From positions 6,555 to 70,554 of the forward strand of contig JACRNI010000024.1 in the NCBI GenBank assembly GCA_016234925.1: a DNA stretch of 64,000 nt, read 5' to 3'. The notes under the pieces are model-generated. The model was not told where the DNA came from, ran no database searches, and saw only the letters and a program-made list of their open reading frames with translations. The DNA is from Deltaproteobacteria bacterium. Its GTDB lineage: Bacteria > Desulfobacterota > GWC2-55-46 > UBA9637 > GWC2-42-11. Position numbers and translations under genes: made by a program. This document shows, in pieces, positions 30,216 to 41,107 of this stretch (within the stretch, counting starts at the first letter, position 1; each line of letters opens with the position of its first letter).

Positions 30216-31481
30216 ATGCCGATGACAATAACTGAAAAAATTTTAGCAGAGCATGCAGGTTTGAAAGAGGTCGTGCCGGGGCAACTTATAAATGCAAAGG
30301 TTGACATTGCGCTTGGGAATGACATTACTGCGCCGATTGCAATAAAGGAGTTCAGGGAAAGCGGCGCAAAAAAGGTTTATGACAAAGAAAAAGTTGTTCT
30401 TGTGCCTGACCACTTTACGCCCAACAAGGACATAAAGTCAGCAGAGCAGTGCAAGATTTTAAGGGAGTTTGCAAAGGAGCAGGAACTTACAAATTATTTT
30501 GAGGGCGGGGATGTTGGCGTTGAACATGCGCTTCTTCCAGAAAAGGGCATAGTTTTGCCGGGCGACCTTGTTATCGGCGCTGACAGCCATACGTGCACAT
30601 ACGGCGCGCTTGGCGCTTTTGCAACAGGCGTTGGCTCAACAGATTTGGCAGCGTGCATGGTTACAGGCGAGGCATGGTTTAAGGTGCCTGAGTCAATAAA
30701 ATTTATATATAAAGGAAAACTTAATAAATGGGTTGATGGCAAGGATTTGATACTCTACGCAATCGGCAAAATCGGCGTTGACGGCGCGCTTTACAAGGCA
30801 ATGGAGTTTTGCGGAGATACAATAGAAAATCTGTCAATGGACAGCCGTCTTTCAATGTGCAATATGGCGATTGAGGCAGGCGGGAAAAACGGCATAATAG
30901 CGCCTGATAAGATTACAGAGGATTATGTGAAAGAAAGGGCAAAACGCAAATATAAGTTTTATTCCAGCGACAAGGATGCAAAATATTCTCAAATCTTTGA
31001 ATACGATACAGCAAAGATAGCACCGCAGGTTGCATTTCCAAATCTCCCTGAGAATACAAGGAATATAACAGATGTTGGAGATGTTCCCATTGACCAAGTT
31101 GTAATCGGCTCATGCACAAACGGAAGGATGGAGGATTTGAGGATTGCTGCAATGATATTAAAAGGCAAAAAGGTTGCAAAGTATGTGAGGCTTATTGTTA
31201 TTCCAGCAACCCCTTTAATCTATAAGCAGGCTGTGGATGAAGGGCTTTTTGACATATTCCTTGATGCAGGCGCGATAATAAGCCCGCCAACATGCGGGCC
31301 GTGCCTTGGCGGACATATGGGGGTTTTAGCAGAAGGGGAAAGGGCAATTGCAACAACAAACAGAAACTTCATTGGCAGGATGGGACATCCGAAAAGCGAG
31401 GTATATCTATCAAACCCTGCTGTTGCAGCAGCATCGGCAGTCAAGGGCAGGATTGCGCATCCGGATGAGGTGATGAAATGA
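30216..31481 (+). CDS. leuC: 3-isopropylmalate dehydratase large subunit (short/archaeal type)
   Basis: '[15 protein letters not shown]'; aconitase Cys ligands 'GSCTNGR' and 'PPTCGPCLG'. The ORF-track start at 30138 runs through an upstream palindrome. Confidence 0.9.
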   Translation: MPMTITEKILAEHAGLKEVVPGQLINAKVDIALGNDITAPIAIKEFRESGAKKVYDKEKVVLVPDHFTPNKDIKSAEQCKILREFAKEQELTNYFEGGDVGVEHALLPEKGIVLPGDLVIGADSHTCTYGALGAFATGVGSTDLAACMVTGEAWFKVPESIKFIYKGKLNKWVDGKDLILYAIGKIGVDGALYKAMEFCGDTIENLSMDSRLSMCNMAIEAGGKNGIIAPDKITEDYVKERAKRKYKFYSSDKDAKYSQIFEYDTAKIAPQVAFPNLPENTRNITDVGDVPIDQVVIGSCTNGRMEDLRIAAMILKGKKVAKYVRLIVIPATPLIYKQAVDEGLFDIFLDAGAIISPPTCGPCLGGHMGVLAEGERAIATTNRNFIGRMGHPKSEVYLSNPAVAAASAVKGRIAHPDEVMK

Positions 31482-31702
31482 AAATAACTGCTGACATGAT
31501 TGTTGAGGATGCCTTAACAAAATATCCTGAGACCTTGGATATATTTGTAAAACAGGGGCATTGCTTTGGGCTTCTTGCAAACCCTGTTGCAAGGAAGTCC
31601 CTTGCAAAACTTGTTACAATAGGGACTGCATGCAAACTGCATTTTATAGATATGGAAAAATTGTTAAAGGAATTGAATGAGGCGGTTGAGCCACAAAAAT
31701 AA
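31478..31702 (+). CDS. DUF1858-like small protein
   Basis: '[30 protein letters not shown]'; coupled between leuC and leuD. Confidence 0.45.
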   Translation: MKITADMIVEDALTKYPETLDIFVKQGHCFGLLANPVARKSLAKLVTIGTACKLHFIDMEKLLKELNEAVEPQK

Positions 31703-31704
31703 TT

Positions 31705-31758
31705 GGTAGCCGCAGGCTTTAGCCTGCGGTATTTACGCAACCTAAAGGTTGCGGCTAC
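31705..31758. repeat. REP/BIME-like element, family B
   Basis: 'ggtagccgcaggctttagcctgcg...cgcaacctaaaggttgcggctac'. Confidence 0.7.
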
Positions 31759-31777
31759 ATTTCAAAATGGAGGTTCA

Positions 31778-32272
31778 ATGAGATTTAAAGGAAAGGCATG
31801 GAAGTTCGGAAAAGATATTGATACTGACCAGATTATTCCTGCAAGGTATTTGAATACATCTGACCCAAAGGAACTGGCAAAGCACTGTATGGAAGACGCA
31901 GACCCTGAATTTGTTAAAAAGATGCAGGCAGGGGATATTATTGTTGCTGACAAGAATTTTGGCTGCGGCTCATCAAGGGAACATGCGCCCATATCAATAA
32001 AGGCAGCAGGCATTTCTTGCGTGATTGCAAAGAGTTTTGCAAGGATATTTTACAGAAATTCATTTAATATGGGACTGCCTATTCTGGAATGTCCAGAGGC
32101 AGTGGATAGTATAAACGAAAGTGATGAGATAGAGGTTGATATTGATACTGGCAAGATTGTGAATCTAACAAAGAATAAAACTTTTAACAGCCAGCCAATC
32201 CCGCCGTTTATGCAGGAACTTATAAATACAGGTGGTTTGATGGAGTGGGTGAAGAAGAAAGTTAAAGCATGA
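31778..32272 (+). CDS. leuD: 3-isopropylmalate dehydratase small subunit
   Basis: '[25 protein letters not shown]'. The ORF-track start at 31703 is an artefact of read-through into the REP element. Confidence 0.9.
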   Translation: MRFKGKAWKFGKDIDTDQIIPARYLNTSDPKELAKHCMEDADPEFVKKMQAGDIIVADKNFGCGSSREHAPISIKAAGISCVIAKSFARIFYRNSFNMGLPILECPEAVDSINESDEIEVDIDTGKIVNLTKNKTFNSQPIPPFMQELINTGGLMEWVKKKVKA

Positions 32273-32368
32273 AACGGAGAATCGGTGAAACGGAGAACCG
32301 GAGAAATATTTTTCTCCCATTCACCGTTTCCCCCATCTCCGTTTCTTTATTACAAAACAGGGGGATAT

Positions 32369-32587
32369 ATGAGAAAAGAAGGCGGCAGCAGAAGCAAGGT
32401 TGTAACAAGCGACAAACTGCAGATTGAAAATAAAACAATCTATGTGGATTTAAAGGAAAATGACGGAGGCAGGTTTCTGCAGATTGCGGAACTTTCAAAT
32501 GACAGGAGAAGCACAGTTGTAATACCGTGCAGCGGTTTGCCTGTTTTTCTTGAGTCTATTCAAAAAATAAAAAATAACATGGAATAG
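32369..32587 (+). CDS. small Pur-alpha-like (DUF3276-like) nucleic-acid-binding protein
   Basis: 'KLQIENKTIYVDLKENDGGRFLQIAE'. Confidence 0.35.
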   Translation: MRKEGGSRSKVVTSDKLQIENKTIYVDLKENDGGRFLQIAELSNDRRSTVVIPCSGLPVFLESIQKIKNNME

Positions 32588-32599
32588 GGGAAAATTTTA

Positions 32600-33679
32600 A
32601 TGAGCAAATATAAGATTGCTGTTTTATCAGGCGACGGCATAGGTCCTGAAATAGTTGGCGAGGCTGTAAAGGTTTTAAGGGCAATCGGCAAAAAGTATAA
32701 AATCTGTTTTGAAACCAAAGATACCCTTGTCGGCGGCGCATCCATTGATAAATACGGCATACCGCTTACAGATGAAACTTTAAAACTTGCAAAGGAAAGC
32801 GATGCAGTTTTGTTAGGCGCTGTGGGCGGTCCAAAGTGGGAAGGGCTTGATTACTCCATAAGACCAGAAAGGGCTTTGCTTGCCTTGAGAAAAGAACTCG
32901 GACTCTTTGCAAATTTAAGACCTGCAAAAATCTATCCTGTTCTTGCAGATGCATCAACACTCAAAAAAGAGGTTATTGAAGGTGTTGACATTATGGTTAT
33001 AAGGGAACTTACAGGCGGATTATATTTCGGTACGCCAAAGGGCGTTGAAAAACTCCCTGACGGCACAGAGCGCGGGGTTAATACAATGGTCTATACAACT
33101 TCAGAGATTGAAAGGATTGCAAGGGTTGCGTTTGATGTTGCAAGAAAGAGGAGAAAAAAGGTTACATCAGTTGACAAGGCGAATGTGCTTGAAACAACAG
33201 AACTATGGAGAAGGGTTGTTATAAATGTCCACAAAGATTATCAGGATATTGAACTTAATCATATGTATGTTGACAACTGCGCCATGCAGTTGGTTAGAAA
33301 CCCAAAACAGTTTGATGTAATAGTTACTGAAAATATGTTTGGCGATATTTTGTCTGATGAGGCAGCAATGCTTACAGGTTCAATCGGCATGCTCCCATCT
33401 GCAAGCCTTGGCGGCAAAGTTGGCATGTATGAGCCGATTCATGGAAGCGCGCCTGATATTGCAGGAAAGGACATCGCAAATCCCATTGCGACAATTTTGT
33501 CAGTTGCAATGATGCTCAAATTTTCATTTAACCTTGGAAAAGAGGCTGATGATATTGAAAAGGCAGTTGAGAATGTTTTGAATAAAGGCTTTCGTACACA
33601 GGACATAAAACAGGAAGGTATGAAAGTAGTGGGCTGCAGAGAGATGGGGAATGTTATTGTTGAGGAGATAGAAAGATGA
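32600..33679 (+). CDS. leuB: 3-isopropylmalate dehydrogenase
   Basis: '[15 protein letters not shown]'; '[27 protein letters not shown]'. Confidence 0.95.
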   Translation: MSKYKIAVLSGDGIGPEIVGEAVKVLRAIGKKYKICFETKDTLVGGASIDKYGIPLTDETLKLAKESDAVLLGAVGGPKWEGLDYSIRPERALLALRKELGLFANLRPAKIYPVLADASTLKKEVIEGVDIMVIRELTGGLYFGTPKGVEKLPDGTERGVNTMVYTTSEIERIARVAFDVARKRRKKVTSVDKANVLETTELWRRVVINVHKDYQDIELNHMYVDNCAMQLVRNPKQFDVIVTENMFGDILSDEAAMLTGSIGMLPSASLGGKVGMYEPIHGSAPDIAGKDIANPIATILSVAMMLKFSFNLGKEADDIEKAVENVLNKGFRTQDIKQEGMKVVGCREMGNVIVEEIER

Positions 33680-34509
33680 AAAAGAAAAAATACAATGTCG
33701 CTGTTGCAGGCGCTACAGGCATGGTTGGACAGGAGTTTTTGAAAATCCTTGAACAGAGGGATTTTCCTATTGATAAGATAAAACTTTTGGCATCAGAAAG
33801 GTCTGCCGGGCAATATCTTGAATTCAGGGGCAAAGAGGAAAAGGTTCATCTCCTTTCAAAAGAAACATTTGAAGGAATAGACATCGGGCTTTTTTCACCG
33901 GGCGCATCTGTTTCAAAGGTCTATGCGCCTATTGCAGCAAAGGCAGGGTGTGTTGTTATAGACAATACAAGCCAGTTCAGGATGGAGCCTGATATTCCGC
34001 TTGTTGTGCCAGAGGTGAACCCAAAGGCAATTGCGCAGTATAAAAAGAGAAATATCATTGCAAACCCGAACTGTTCAACAATCCAGATGGTTGTCGCATT
34101 AAAGCCGATACATGATGCGGCAAAAATCAAGGAACTCAAGATGGTGAATGAGACAAAGAAAATCATGGATGATTCTATAAAGGTTACGGCAACGACCGTT
34201 CGTGTGCCTGTTTTTAACAGTCATTCTGAAAGCGTCAACATAGAAACAGAGAAAAAAATCACAGCAAAAGAAGTTAGAAAAATCCTTTCAAATGCGCCCG
34301 GCGTAAAGGTTTTGGATGACCCTGAAAATAAGGTCTATCCAATGCCAATAGAAGCATCCGAAAATGATGAGGTTTTTGTCGGGAGGATAAGAGAGGACGA
34401 TACCATACCGAATGGCATAAATATGTGGATTGTGTCTGACAATATAAGAAAAGGCGCTGCGCTTAATGCCGTGCAGATTGCAGAGGTTTTGATAAAAGAA
34501 TATTTATAA
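33676..34509 (+). CDS. asd: aspartate-semialdehyde dehydrogenase, unusually short (apparent in-frame ~69-aa internal deletion)
   Basis: '[12 protein letters not shown]', '[10 protein letters not shown]', '[13 protein letters not shown]' are present. The 'STYQAVSGAG...' segment between 'IHDAAKIKE' and '[11 protein letters not shown]' is absent. 277 aa versus about 340. Confidence 0.8.
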   Translation: MKKKKYNVAVAGATGMVGQEFLKILEQRDFPIDKIKLLASERSAGQYLEFRGKEEKVHLLSKETFEGIDIGLFSPGASVSKVYAPIAAKAGCVVIDNTSQFRMEPDIPLVVPEVNPKAIAQYKKRNIIANPNCSTIQMVVALKPIHDAAKIKELKMVNETKKIMDDSIKVTATTVRVPVFNSHSESVNIETEKKITAKEVRKILSNAPGVKVLDDPENKVYPMPIEASENDEVFVGRIREDDTIPNGINMWIVSDNIRKGAALNAVQIAEVLIKEYL

Positions 34510-34575
34510 CTACAGGCTATAGGCAATGGGCAAGAGGCAATATGAAAAACCAATGAACCCATAGCCTATCGCCTA

Positions 34576-35421
34576 TTGCCTGTTTTTATGCGTAATATTA
34601 AAATCATCATTGAATACGAAGGCACGAATTATGCTGGATGGCAGGAGCAAAAGGAATCACCTACTATTCAGGGAACAATACAGGACAAAATAAAAATCAT
34701 AACACGCGAAGATGTCCAATTAACCGCAGCAGGCAGGACAGATGCAGCCGTTCATGCGCTTGGACAAACCGCAAATTTTTATTCAAATACCAATATAGAA
34801 TCATTTGCTTTGCAGAGGGGCTTAAACAGCCTTCTGCCGTCAGACATTGTTATAAAAAAAGTTGAGGATGCAAGTCTTGAATTTGATGCAAGGAAAGATG
34901 CAAAGAGTAAAACCTATAAATATCTCATCCTGAACAGAGCCTATCCATCAGCCGTCCATAGAAATTTTTCATGGTTTGTCCCCTATAAACTTGACATAGA
35001 TTTAATGAAAAGAGGCGCAGAGTTTCTTATAGGTGAAAAGGATTTTTCATCATTCAGGGCATCTGCCTGCGAGGCATCTCACGCAATAAGGGAGATAATT
35101 TCAATCACTATTGAAACGTTTACTAACCCCCTCACCTTAATCCTCTCCCCAGAGGGGAGAGCGGGTACCCATCCGAAGGATGGGTGGGGTGAGGGGGGAT
35201 TTTCGGAACAGAGAGAAAAAGATGACTTTATTGCTATTGAAGTTAAAGGTACGGCATTTCTGATGCACATGATTAGGATAATAGTCGGCACACTGACTTT
35301 ACTGGGCAGGGGCAAGATTTCAATTGATGATTTTAAAAATATTATTGAGGCAAAAGACAGGACAAAGGCAGGGATGACAGCGCCTCCGCATGGTTTGTTT
35401 TTAAAAGAGGTAGAGTATTAA
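34576..35421 (+). CDS. truA: tRNA pseudouridine(38-40) synthase
   Basis: 'IEYEGTNYAGWQEQ', 'AAGRTDAAVHALGQ'. Contains the in-frame repeat segment 'PLTLILSPEGRAGTHPKDGWGEGG'. Confidence 0.85.
   Translation: MPVFMRNIKIIIEYEGTNYAGWQEQKESPTIQGTIQDKIKIITREDVQLTAAGRTDAAVHALGQTANFYSNTNIESFALQRGLNSLLPSDIVIKKVEDASLEFDARKDAKSKTYKYLILNRAYPSAVHRNFSWFVPYKLDIDLMKRGAEFLIGEKDFSSFRASACEASHAIREIISITIETFTNPLTLILSPEGRAGTHPKDGWGEGGFSEQREKDDFIAIEVKGTAFLMHMIRIIVGTLTLLGRGKISIDDFKNIIEAKDRTKAGMTAPPHGLFLKEVEY
35127..35202. repeat. G-rich palindromic element, family D ('cccctcaccttaatcctctcccca..ggggagag..gggtgagggggg'), in-frame in truA
   Basis: Also at 50273..50322; partial at 30167..30202. Confidence 0.6.
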
Positions 35422-35425
35422 AAAA

Positions 35426-35484
35426 GGGTTCAAGGGTTCAAGGATTCAAGGGGTCTAGTGAAAAAACACTTCAACCCTCCACCC
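35426..35484. repeat. family C-related element (intergenic)
   Basis: 'gggttcaagggttcaaggattcaaggggtctagtg...'. Confidence 0.55.
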
Positions 35485-35492
35485 CTATTTTT

Positions 35493-36161
35493 ATGCAAAT
35501 ATCTGTAATCATCCCTACGCTAAATGAAGAAAATCAGATTGCAAAGACGTTGGGATCAGTTGGCAGAGGGGTTGAGGTTATTGTAGTTGACGGCGGCAGT
35601 GTTGACAATACAGCATCAATTGCTGAAAAATTTGGCGCAAGGGTAATCAAGTCAGAAAAGGGCAGGGGAGTTCAGCAGGATATTGGCGCCGCTAATGCAA
35701 AAGGCGATGTTTTGTTATTTTTACATGCTGACACAATCCTGCCTTCTGGCTGGCGTGATTTTATTGCTGTAGCGTTGAGCGGCAGCAATGTCATTGGCGG
35801 CGCATTTCTTCTGGGCATAGATTCTTCAAAACCATTGCTAAAGTTTATAATAAAGGCTGCAAATATCCGCGCAAAATATCTTGGGCTTATCTACGGCGAC
35901 CAAGCGATATTTGCAAGGCGGGAAGGTTTTTTTAGAGCAGGCGGTTTTAAAGGGCTTCCAATAATGGAGGATGTGGATTTCATAAGGAGATTAAAAAAGC
36001 AGGGCAAGGTCAAACTTATAATGGAAAAGGTTTTGACATCAGAGAGAAGGTGGGATAAAAAGGGTGTATTGCAAAACACGCTTGATAATTGGTTTCTTTT
36101 ATTGATGTATTATTTGGGATATTCCCCTGAGAGGATTTATAGGCTGTATTATAAAAGATAG
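35493..36161 (+). CDS. GT2 glycosyltransferase
   Basis: 'ISVIIPTLNEENQIAKTLGSV...VIVVDGGSVDNT'. Confidence 0.7.
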   Translation: MQISVIIPTLNEENQIAKTLGSVGRGVEVIVVDGGSVDNTASIAEKFGARVIKSEKGRGVQQDIGAANAKGDVLLFLHADTILPSGWRDFIAVALSGSNVIGGAFLLGIDSSKPLLKFIIKAANIRAKYLGLIYGDQAIFARREGFFRAGGFKGLPIMEDVDFIRRLKKQGKVKLIMEKVLTSERRWDKKGVLQNTLDNWFLLLMYYLGYSPERIYRLYYKR

Positions 36162-36164
36162 GCA

Positions 36165-37193
36165 ATGGTGAAAATTAAAGCATATATGCAGAGGCATAAA
36201 AGGTCTTTTCTTGGCATCGCCCTTATTTTTATAAGTTTCATATCAGGATGGATGCTTAAAGATTTTTTAAGTTCCAGAGATATTGTAGTTTCAGCGGAAA
36301 AGAGAGAGGGTCAATATGGATTTATCAATCCGCTTCTTGAATGTGAAGGCTCTGAAAACCTTATAAGCAGAGAACTTGCGGGATTCAAAGATAAGGTTGA
36401 ATTTCTGATTAAAAAATATAAGGCAGAAAAAAAGATTGATGATATTGCAGTATATTTCAGGGACTTGAATAATGGGCCATGGTTTGGAATAAAAGAAAAA
36501 GAGCCTTTTTTGCCGGGGAGTTTGCTGAAGATTCCGATTATGATGGGCTATCTGGAAGAGGCGGAAACAAACCCATCCATAATGAAACAGCAGATAAAAT
36601 ATGAGCGGAAATTATTTCCGTCAGACCAGTATGTAAAGGTTGCGGAAGAAATGCAGGAGGGAAGGTCTTATACAATTGAAGAACTAATCTACCGGATGGT
36701 TGTCAATTCTGACAATAGCGCCGCATACCTTTTAAGAAAGTTTGATTCAGAGAATGTCTATTATAAAATATATAAAGACCTCCAGATTCCGGTTGCATAT
36801 GAGAATGCCAATGAACTGCCGTATAGTATAAGCGTCCGCAAATACGCCTCGTTTTTCAGGATATTGTTTAATGCGTCTTATTTGGGTAAAGAGATGTCAA
36901 ACAAGGCGCTTGAGTTATTAAGCAATGCGAAATTTCGTGAAGGGCTTGTCAAGGGCATACCGTCTGATATGCCAGCAGCGCATAAATTTGGCGAGCGAAA
37001 TATCTCTGATACCCAAAAGCAGTTTCATGACTGCGGCATAGTCTATTATCCAAAATCTCCATATCTTTTATGTGTGATGACTAGAGGAAGCGATTTTGAC
37101 AATCTTGTTTCAGCAATTCAAGACATTTCAAGGCTGATATACGAAGAGGTTGACAGCCAGAGGAGCAGTTATGCTGTTTCCCAGCAAAAATAA
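36165..37193 (+). CDS. class A beta-lactamase-like serine hydrolase, membrane-anchored
   Basis: SxxK 'GSLLKIP', SDN 'NSDNSAA', KTG-like 'HKFGERN'; N-terminal TM. Confidence 0.5.
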   Translation: MVKIKAYMQRHKRSFLGIALIFISFISGWMLKDFLSSRDIVVSAEKREGQYGFINPLLECEGSENLISRELAGFKDKVEFLIKKYKAEKKIDDIAVYFRDLNNGPWFGIKEKEPFLPGSLLKIPIMMGYLEEAETNPSIMKQQIKYERKLFPSDQYVKVAEEMQEGRSYTIEELIYRMVVNSDNSAAYLLRKFDSENVYYKIYKDLQIPVAYENANELPYSISVRKYASFFRILFNASYLGKEMSNKALELLSNAKFREGLVKGIPSDMPAAHKFGERNISDTQKQFHDCGIVYYPKSPYLLCVMTRGSDFDNLVSAIQDISRLIYEEVDSQRSSYAVSQQK

Positions 37194-37194
37194 T

Positions 37195-38607
37195 ATGCGA
37201 AAAACAAAAATCATAGCGACCATCGGCCCTGCGACAGCGTGTCCTCTGCTTATCCAGAATATTTTATCTGCCGGTGCAGATGTTGTCAGGCTTAATCTTT
37301 CACACGGAGACCACAAATGGCATAGCGCAAGGGTGAAAGATATTAGAAGGGTTGCAAAGGCAATAAACAAGGCGGCTGCTATTATGCTTGACCTTCAAGG
37401 GCCTCGGATAAGGACAGGCCGTTTGAAAAACGCTAGTCCTGTAAATCTCAAAAGAGGGCAGGTTCTTATAATCACCACAAAGGATGTCTTGGGTGATGAA
37501 AATGTAATCTCAACCCCCTATGCCAGTCTGCCGAGAGATGTAAAAAAGGGGAATCGGATTTTGCTTGATAATGGTTTGATAGAACTAAAGGTCATTAAAA
37601 CATCAAAGACAAATGTTTATTGCAGGGTTGTCAACAACGGTATGCTTGGCGAGAACAAGGGCATGAATCTGCCGGGTGTGAATATCAGCGCGCCGACTCT
37701 GACAGAAAAGGATAAAATGGATTTAAGAGCAGCATTAGGCTGGGGCATTGATTATGCTGCAATGTCATTTGTGAGCGGGGCTGATGATATAAACGGGATG
37801 AGGGATTTTATGAAAAAGAGAGGTTATAATATCCCGATAATAGCGAAAGTTGAAAGGCAGGAGGCGATTGATAACATTGATGAAATCCTTGATGCTGCTG
37901 ACGGTGTTATGGTTGCAAGGGGTGATTTGGGTGTTGAGATGACGCCGCAGAAAGTCCCGCTTCTTCAAAAGATGATAATAAAAAAGGCGGATGAAAAGGG
38001 CAAGATTGTAATAACTGCGACGCAGATGCTTGAGTCAATGGTTGAATCGCCAACGCCGACAAGGGCAGAGGCATCGGATGTTGCAAATGCGGTATTGGAC
38101 GGCACAGACGCTGTTATGCTTTCAGAGGAAACCGCAAAAGGCAAATTCCCTGTTAATGCTGTTAAGATGATGGATGTTATAGCAAGAGAGGTTGAGGAGG
38201 AGATGTCTTACACAGCATGGTCGCCTTACCACAAAAAGATAATTCCTTCATGGGCGGTTGCCCATTCTGCGTGCAATGCGGCAGATGAAACAGACGCAAA
38301 GGCGCTTGTGATATTTACGATTTCAGGCAGGACTGCCTTGATGGTTTCAAAGTTCAAACCTGTTATGCCGATAATAGTCTTGACGCCTGACAAGGATGTC
38401 TATAATCGTTTGGCGCTTATAAGGGGCGCTATGCCTTTACTTATACCATTTGGCAATTCAACAGACAAGATGCTTGCAATAGGCGAAAAGACCATACTTG
38501 AAAGCGGGCTTCTTAAAAAAGGCGACACTGTAGTTGTTGTTGCAGGCACAACAAGCATGCGCGGGGCTACAAATATGATGAAGGTTTATAAAATAGGCGA
38601 GAAGTGA
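37195..38607 (+). CDS. pyk: pyruvate kinase
   Basis: 'MRKTKIIATIGPA', 'MVARGDLGVE'. The likely start is the internal ATG at 37195 rather than 37150. Confidence 0.9.
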   Translation: MRKTKIIATIGPATACPLLIQNILSAGADVVRLNLSHGDHKWHSARVKDIRRVAKAINKAAAIMLDLQGPRIRTGRLKNASPVNLKRGQVLIITTKDVLGDENVISTPYASLPRDVKKGNRILLDNGLIELKVIKTSKTNVYCRVVNNGMLGENKGMNLPGVNISAPTLTEKDKMDLRAALGWGIDYAAMSFVSGADDINGMRDFMKKRGYNIPIIAKVERQEAIDNIDEILDAADGVMVARGDLGVEMTPQKVPLLQKMIIKKADEKGKIVITATQMLESMVESPTPTRAEASDVANAVLDGTDAVMLSEETAKGKFPVNAVKMMDVIAREVEEEMSYTAWSPYHKKIIPSWAVAHSACNAADETDAKALVIFTISGRTALMVSKFKPVMPIIVLTPDKDVYNRLALIRGAMPLLIPFGNSTDKMLAIGEKTILESGLLKKGDTVVVVAGTTSMRGATNMMKVYKIGEK

Positions 38608-38617
38608 GGTGTGAGAA

Positions 38618-38709
38618 GTAGGGGTTTGATTTATCAAACCCGAATATCGGGTCGGATAAATCGGGATGGGTAAGGAAAAAGGTTATTTATCCGTCCCATC
38701 GCCCCCTAC
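38618..38709. repeat. REP/BIME-like element, family F (gtagggg-hairpins-cccctac)
   Basis: Second copy at 52756..52810, with hairpins 'ggtttgatttatcaaacc' and 'ggtcggataaatccgacc' in swapped order. Confidence 0.6.
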
Positions 38710-38784
38710 ATTTTTTCGGGTTGCCTTGCTCCGCCTTGCATCTGGGCAATTTTTGAGCGTCAACTTTGCATATAGGGAGACCTC

Positions 38785-39561
38785 TTGGCAGAAATAATTA
38801 CATTTGTGACTGTCTTTGCCTTTGGCGCCTCTATCGGCAGTTTTTTAAATGTCTGCATCTATAGAATACCTGAAGGTAAATCTATAATATCCCCTCCATC
38901 GTCTTGTCCAAACTGCAGCAACCCAATCCGATTCTATGACAATATTCCAATAATAAGTTACCTAATACTTTTTGGCAGATGCAGGAATTGCAAGGCGTCT
39001 ATCAGCATCCAATATCCTATTGTTGAGGCATTGACAGGTTTCTTTGCTGTCCTTATTTTATATTATTTTGGATTTACCATTGATGGTTTAATATATTTTT
39101 TATTTATTGCCAGCCTTATTGTAATCACATTCATTGATTTAAAACTTCAAATCATACCTGATATTATAAGTCTGCCGGGAATAATCGTAGGATTTATATG
39201 CTCATCTTTTTTGCTTCCAACAGGTTTTATAAATTCTCTTTTGGGCATATTTCTTGGCGGCGGCAGTCTTTTTCTTGTTGCATACGGCTATAAAAAAGTT
39301 GCAGGCATAGAAGGCATGGGAGGCGGGGATATAAAACTCATTGCAATGGTCGGCGCATTTTTGGGCTGGAAGGCTGTTATAATGACGATATTTGCAGGCT
39401 CGTTTGTTGGCGCAATAATAGGCACGATTGCAATGCTGATTCAAGGGAAAGATACAAAATATGCAATACCATTCGGGCCGTTTCTGGCATTAGGCGCTGC
39501 GCTTTATCTATTCATTGGACAGGATTTTATCAACTGGTATGTAAGGGTAATGTGGAGATGA
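38785..39561 (+). CDS. pilD: prepilin peptidase (A24 family)
   Basis: 'CPNCSNPIRFYDNIPIISYLILFGRCRNC'; catalytic Asp-containing TM core. Confidence 0.9.
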   Translation: MAEIITFVTVFAFGASIGSFLNVCIYRIPEGKSIISPPSSCPNCSNPIRFYDNIPIISYLILFGRCRNCKASISIQYPIVEALTGFFAVLILYYFGFTIDGLIYFLFIASLIVITFIDLKLQIIPDIISLPGIIVGFICSSFLLPTGFINSLLGIFLGGGSLFLVAYGYKKVAGIEGMGGGDIKLIAMVGAFLGWKAVIMTIFAGSFVGAIIGTIAMLIQGKDTKYAIPFGPFLALGAALYLFIGQDFINWYVRVMWR

Positions 39562-41057
39562 CAAAACTTGGTCTTCGTCCAAAGATTATTATAAATATTG
39601 CAATTATCACTGTTGCGGCAATCATGCTAATCGGCATCATAAGCATAAAAATCATTGAAAGGGATGCCTTTGCGAGAAAGATAAAAAATGGCGAGGAGAT
39701 TATAAAATCTATCAGGTTTTTCTATCAAGAGACCGACGGCGTAAATATCAGCAGATTTATTTCTGCAAGGACTGATATTGAAGGTTTAATAATATTAAAT
39801 GAGGATAAAAGGGCAATATTTAATTATGGCAATATAAAGCATGACAGCATTGATAATGTTTTTTACAACACAGAGATTATAAAGAATATTATCAGCAAAG
39901 ACAGAATAATATTTTTAAGCGGCGTTAAGATAGGCGGAAAAACGGCTTCCATAAGGCTTTCATTATCCCTTGCCGATGTCAACATTGACATTGCAAGCAC
40001 GCGAAGATTTATCATTTTTTATGCCTTTCTGGACAGCATACTAATTATAATCTTTGGCGCATTTTTAATTCACAAATCAGTTATAAGACCAATAAAGGCG
40101 CTTGATATAACTGCCAAAGATATAGCAGACGGCAATCTTGATAAAAGGGCGGCGGTTGCTGCTGGGGATGAGATAGGCAGCCTTGCATTGTCATTCAATG
40201 CAATGACAGACAAACTTAAATCAAATATAAATATGCTTGAACGTATGAATAGGGAACTTGTCGCAGCGCAGGATGATTTGCTCCGTTCTGAAAAACTTGC
40301 AACAGTCGGAAGACTCTCTGCGGGTATTGCACATGAAATCGGCAATCCTTTGGGAGCGATATTGGGTTATATAAACATACTTCAAAAAGGTATTGCAGAT
40401 AAGACAGAAGAAAAAGAAATTTTAAATAGGCTTGATAAAGAGACATCCCGAATAAATGTTATAATTAAAGAGTTTCTTGCTCTTTCAAGACCATCTGAAA
40501 GACAGGGAATAATTGGCAGAGGACAATCTGCTGCAAATGTAAATAAAGTTATAGATGAATCTATCAAATCTATCAGGGCAGTTGCATTTAAGGATAATTT
40601 TAAAATTGAATTGAATTTAGAGAATGGGCTGCCTTTTGCCAAGATTGAAGCGGATAAACTTGAACAGGTTCTTATAAATATATTATTAAATGCAAAGGAT
40701 GCGATGCATAATGGCGGCTTAATCAAGATAGAGACAGGGCTTGCAAATATTGCTGCAAAAGAGCCGGTTCACAGAAGGCAGAGCGACATCTCTGACATGG
40801 ATGTTTTATCTCTCAGAAAAGGGAAGGAAATGATTGGCATTAAAATATCTGACACAGGCTGCGGCATAAAAAAAGAGGATATTGGCAAAATATTTGACCC
40901 GTTTTGGACAACAAAAGATGTCGGCAAAGGCACAGGGTTGGGGCTTACTGTTTCACTTGGCATTGTTCAGACATACGGCGGTGATATAAAGGTGAAAAGC
41001 GAGGCAGATAAAGGAACAACATTTGAAATCCTTCTGCCATGTAGCCGCAACCTTTAG
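39552..41057 (+). CDS. sensor histidine kinase with HAMP domain (PilS-like by context)
   Basis: HAMP 'IRPIKALDITAKDIADGNL'; H-box 'GIAHEIGNPLGAI'; 'GTGLGLTVS'. Confidence 0.7.
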   Translation: MEMTKLGLRPKIIINIAIITVAAIMLIGIISIKIIERDAFARKIKNGEEIIKSIRFFYQETDGVNISRFISARTDIEGLIILNEDKRAIFNYGNIKHDSIDNVFYNTEIIKNIISKDRIIFLSGVKIGGKTASIRLSLSLADVNIDIASTRRFIIFYAFLDSILIIIFGAFLIHKSVIRPIKALDITAKDIADGNLDKRAAVAAGDEIGSLALSFNAMTDKLKSNINMLERMNRELVAAQDDLLRSEKLATVGRLSAGIAHEIGNPLGAILGYINILQKGIADKTEEKEILNRLDKETSRINVIIKEFLALSRPSERQGIIGRGQSAANVNKVIDESIKSIRAVAFKDNFKIELNLENGLPFAKIEADKLEQVLINILLNAKDAMHNGGLIKIETGLANIAAKEPVHRRQSDISDMDVLSLRKGKEMIGIKISDTGCGIKKEDIGKIFDPFWTTKDVGKGTGLGLTVSLGIVQTYGGDIKVKSEADKGTTFEILLPCSRNL

Positions 41058-41097
41058 GTTACGTTGTGAATATCGCAGGCTAAAGCCTGCGGCTACC
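41041..41097. repeat. REP/BIME-like element, family B
   Basis: Supplies the stop codon of the kinase gene. Confidence 0.7.
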
Positions 41098-41107
41098 CGT
41101 AAATCTT

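Noticed and set aside
31703-31777. N-terminal extension of leuD (start 31703) and of leuC (30138), pyk (37150), fimT-like (43471)
   Set aside because: The extensions run through REP-like elements or lack homology. Conserved protein N-termini begin at internal ATGs (31778, 30216, 37195, 43537).
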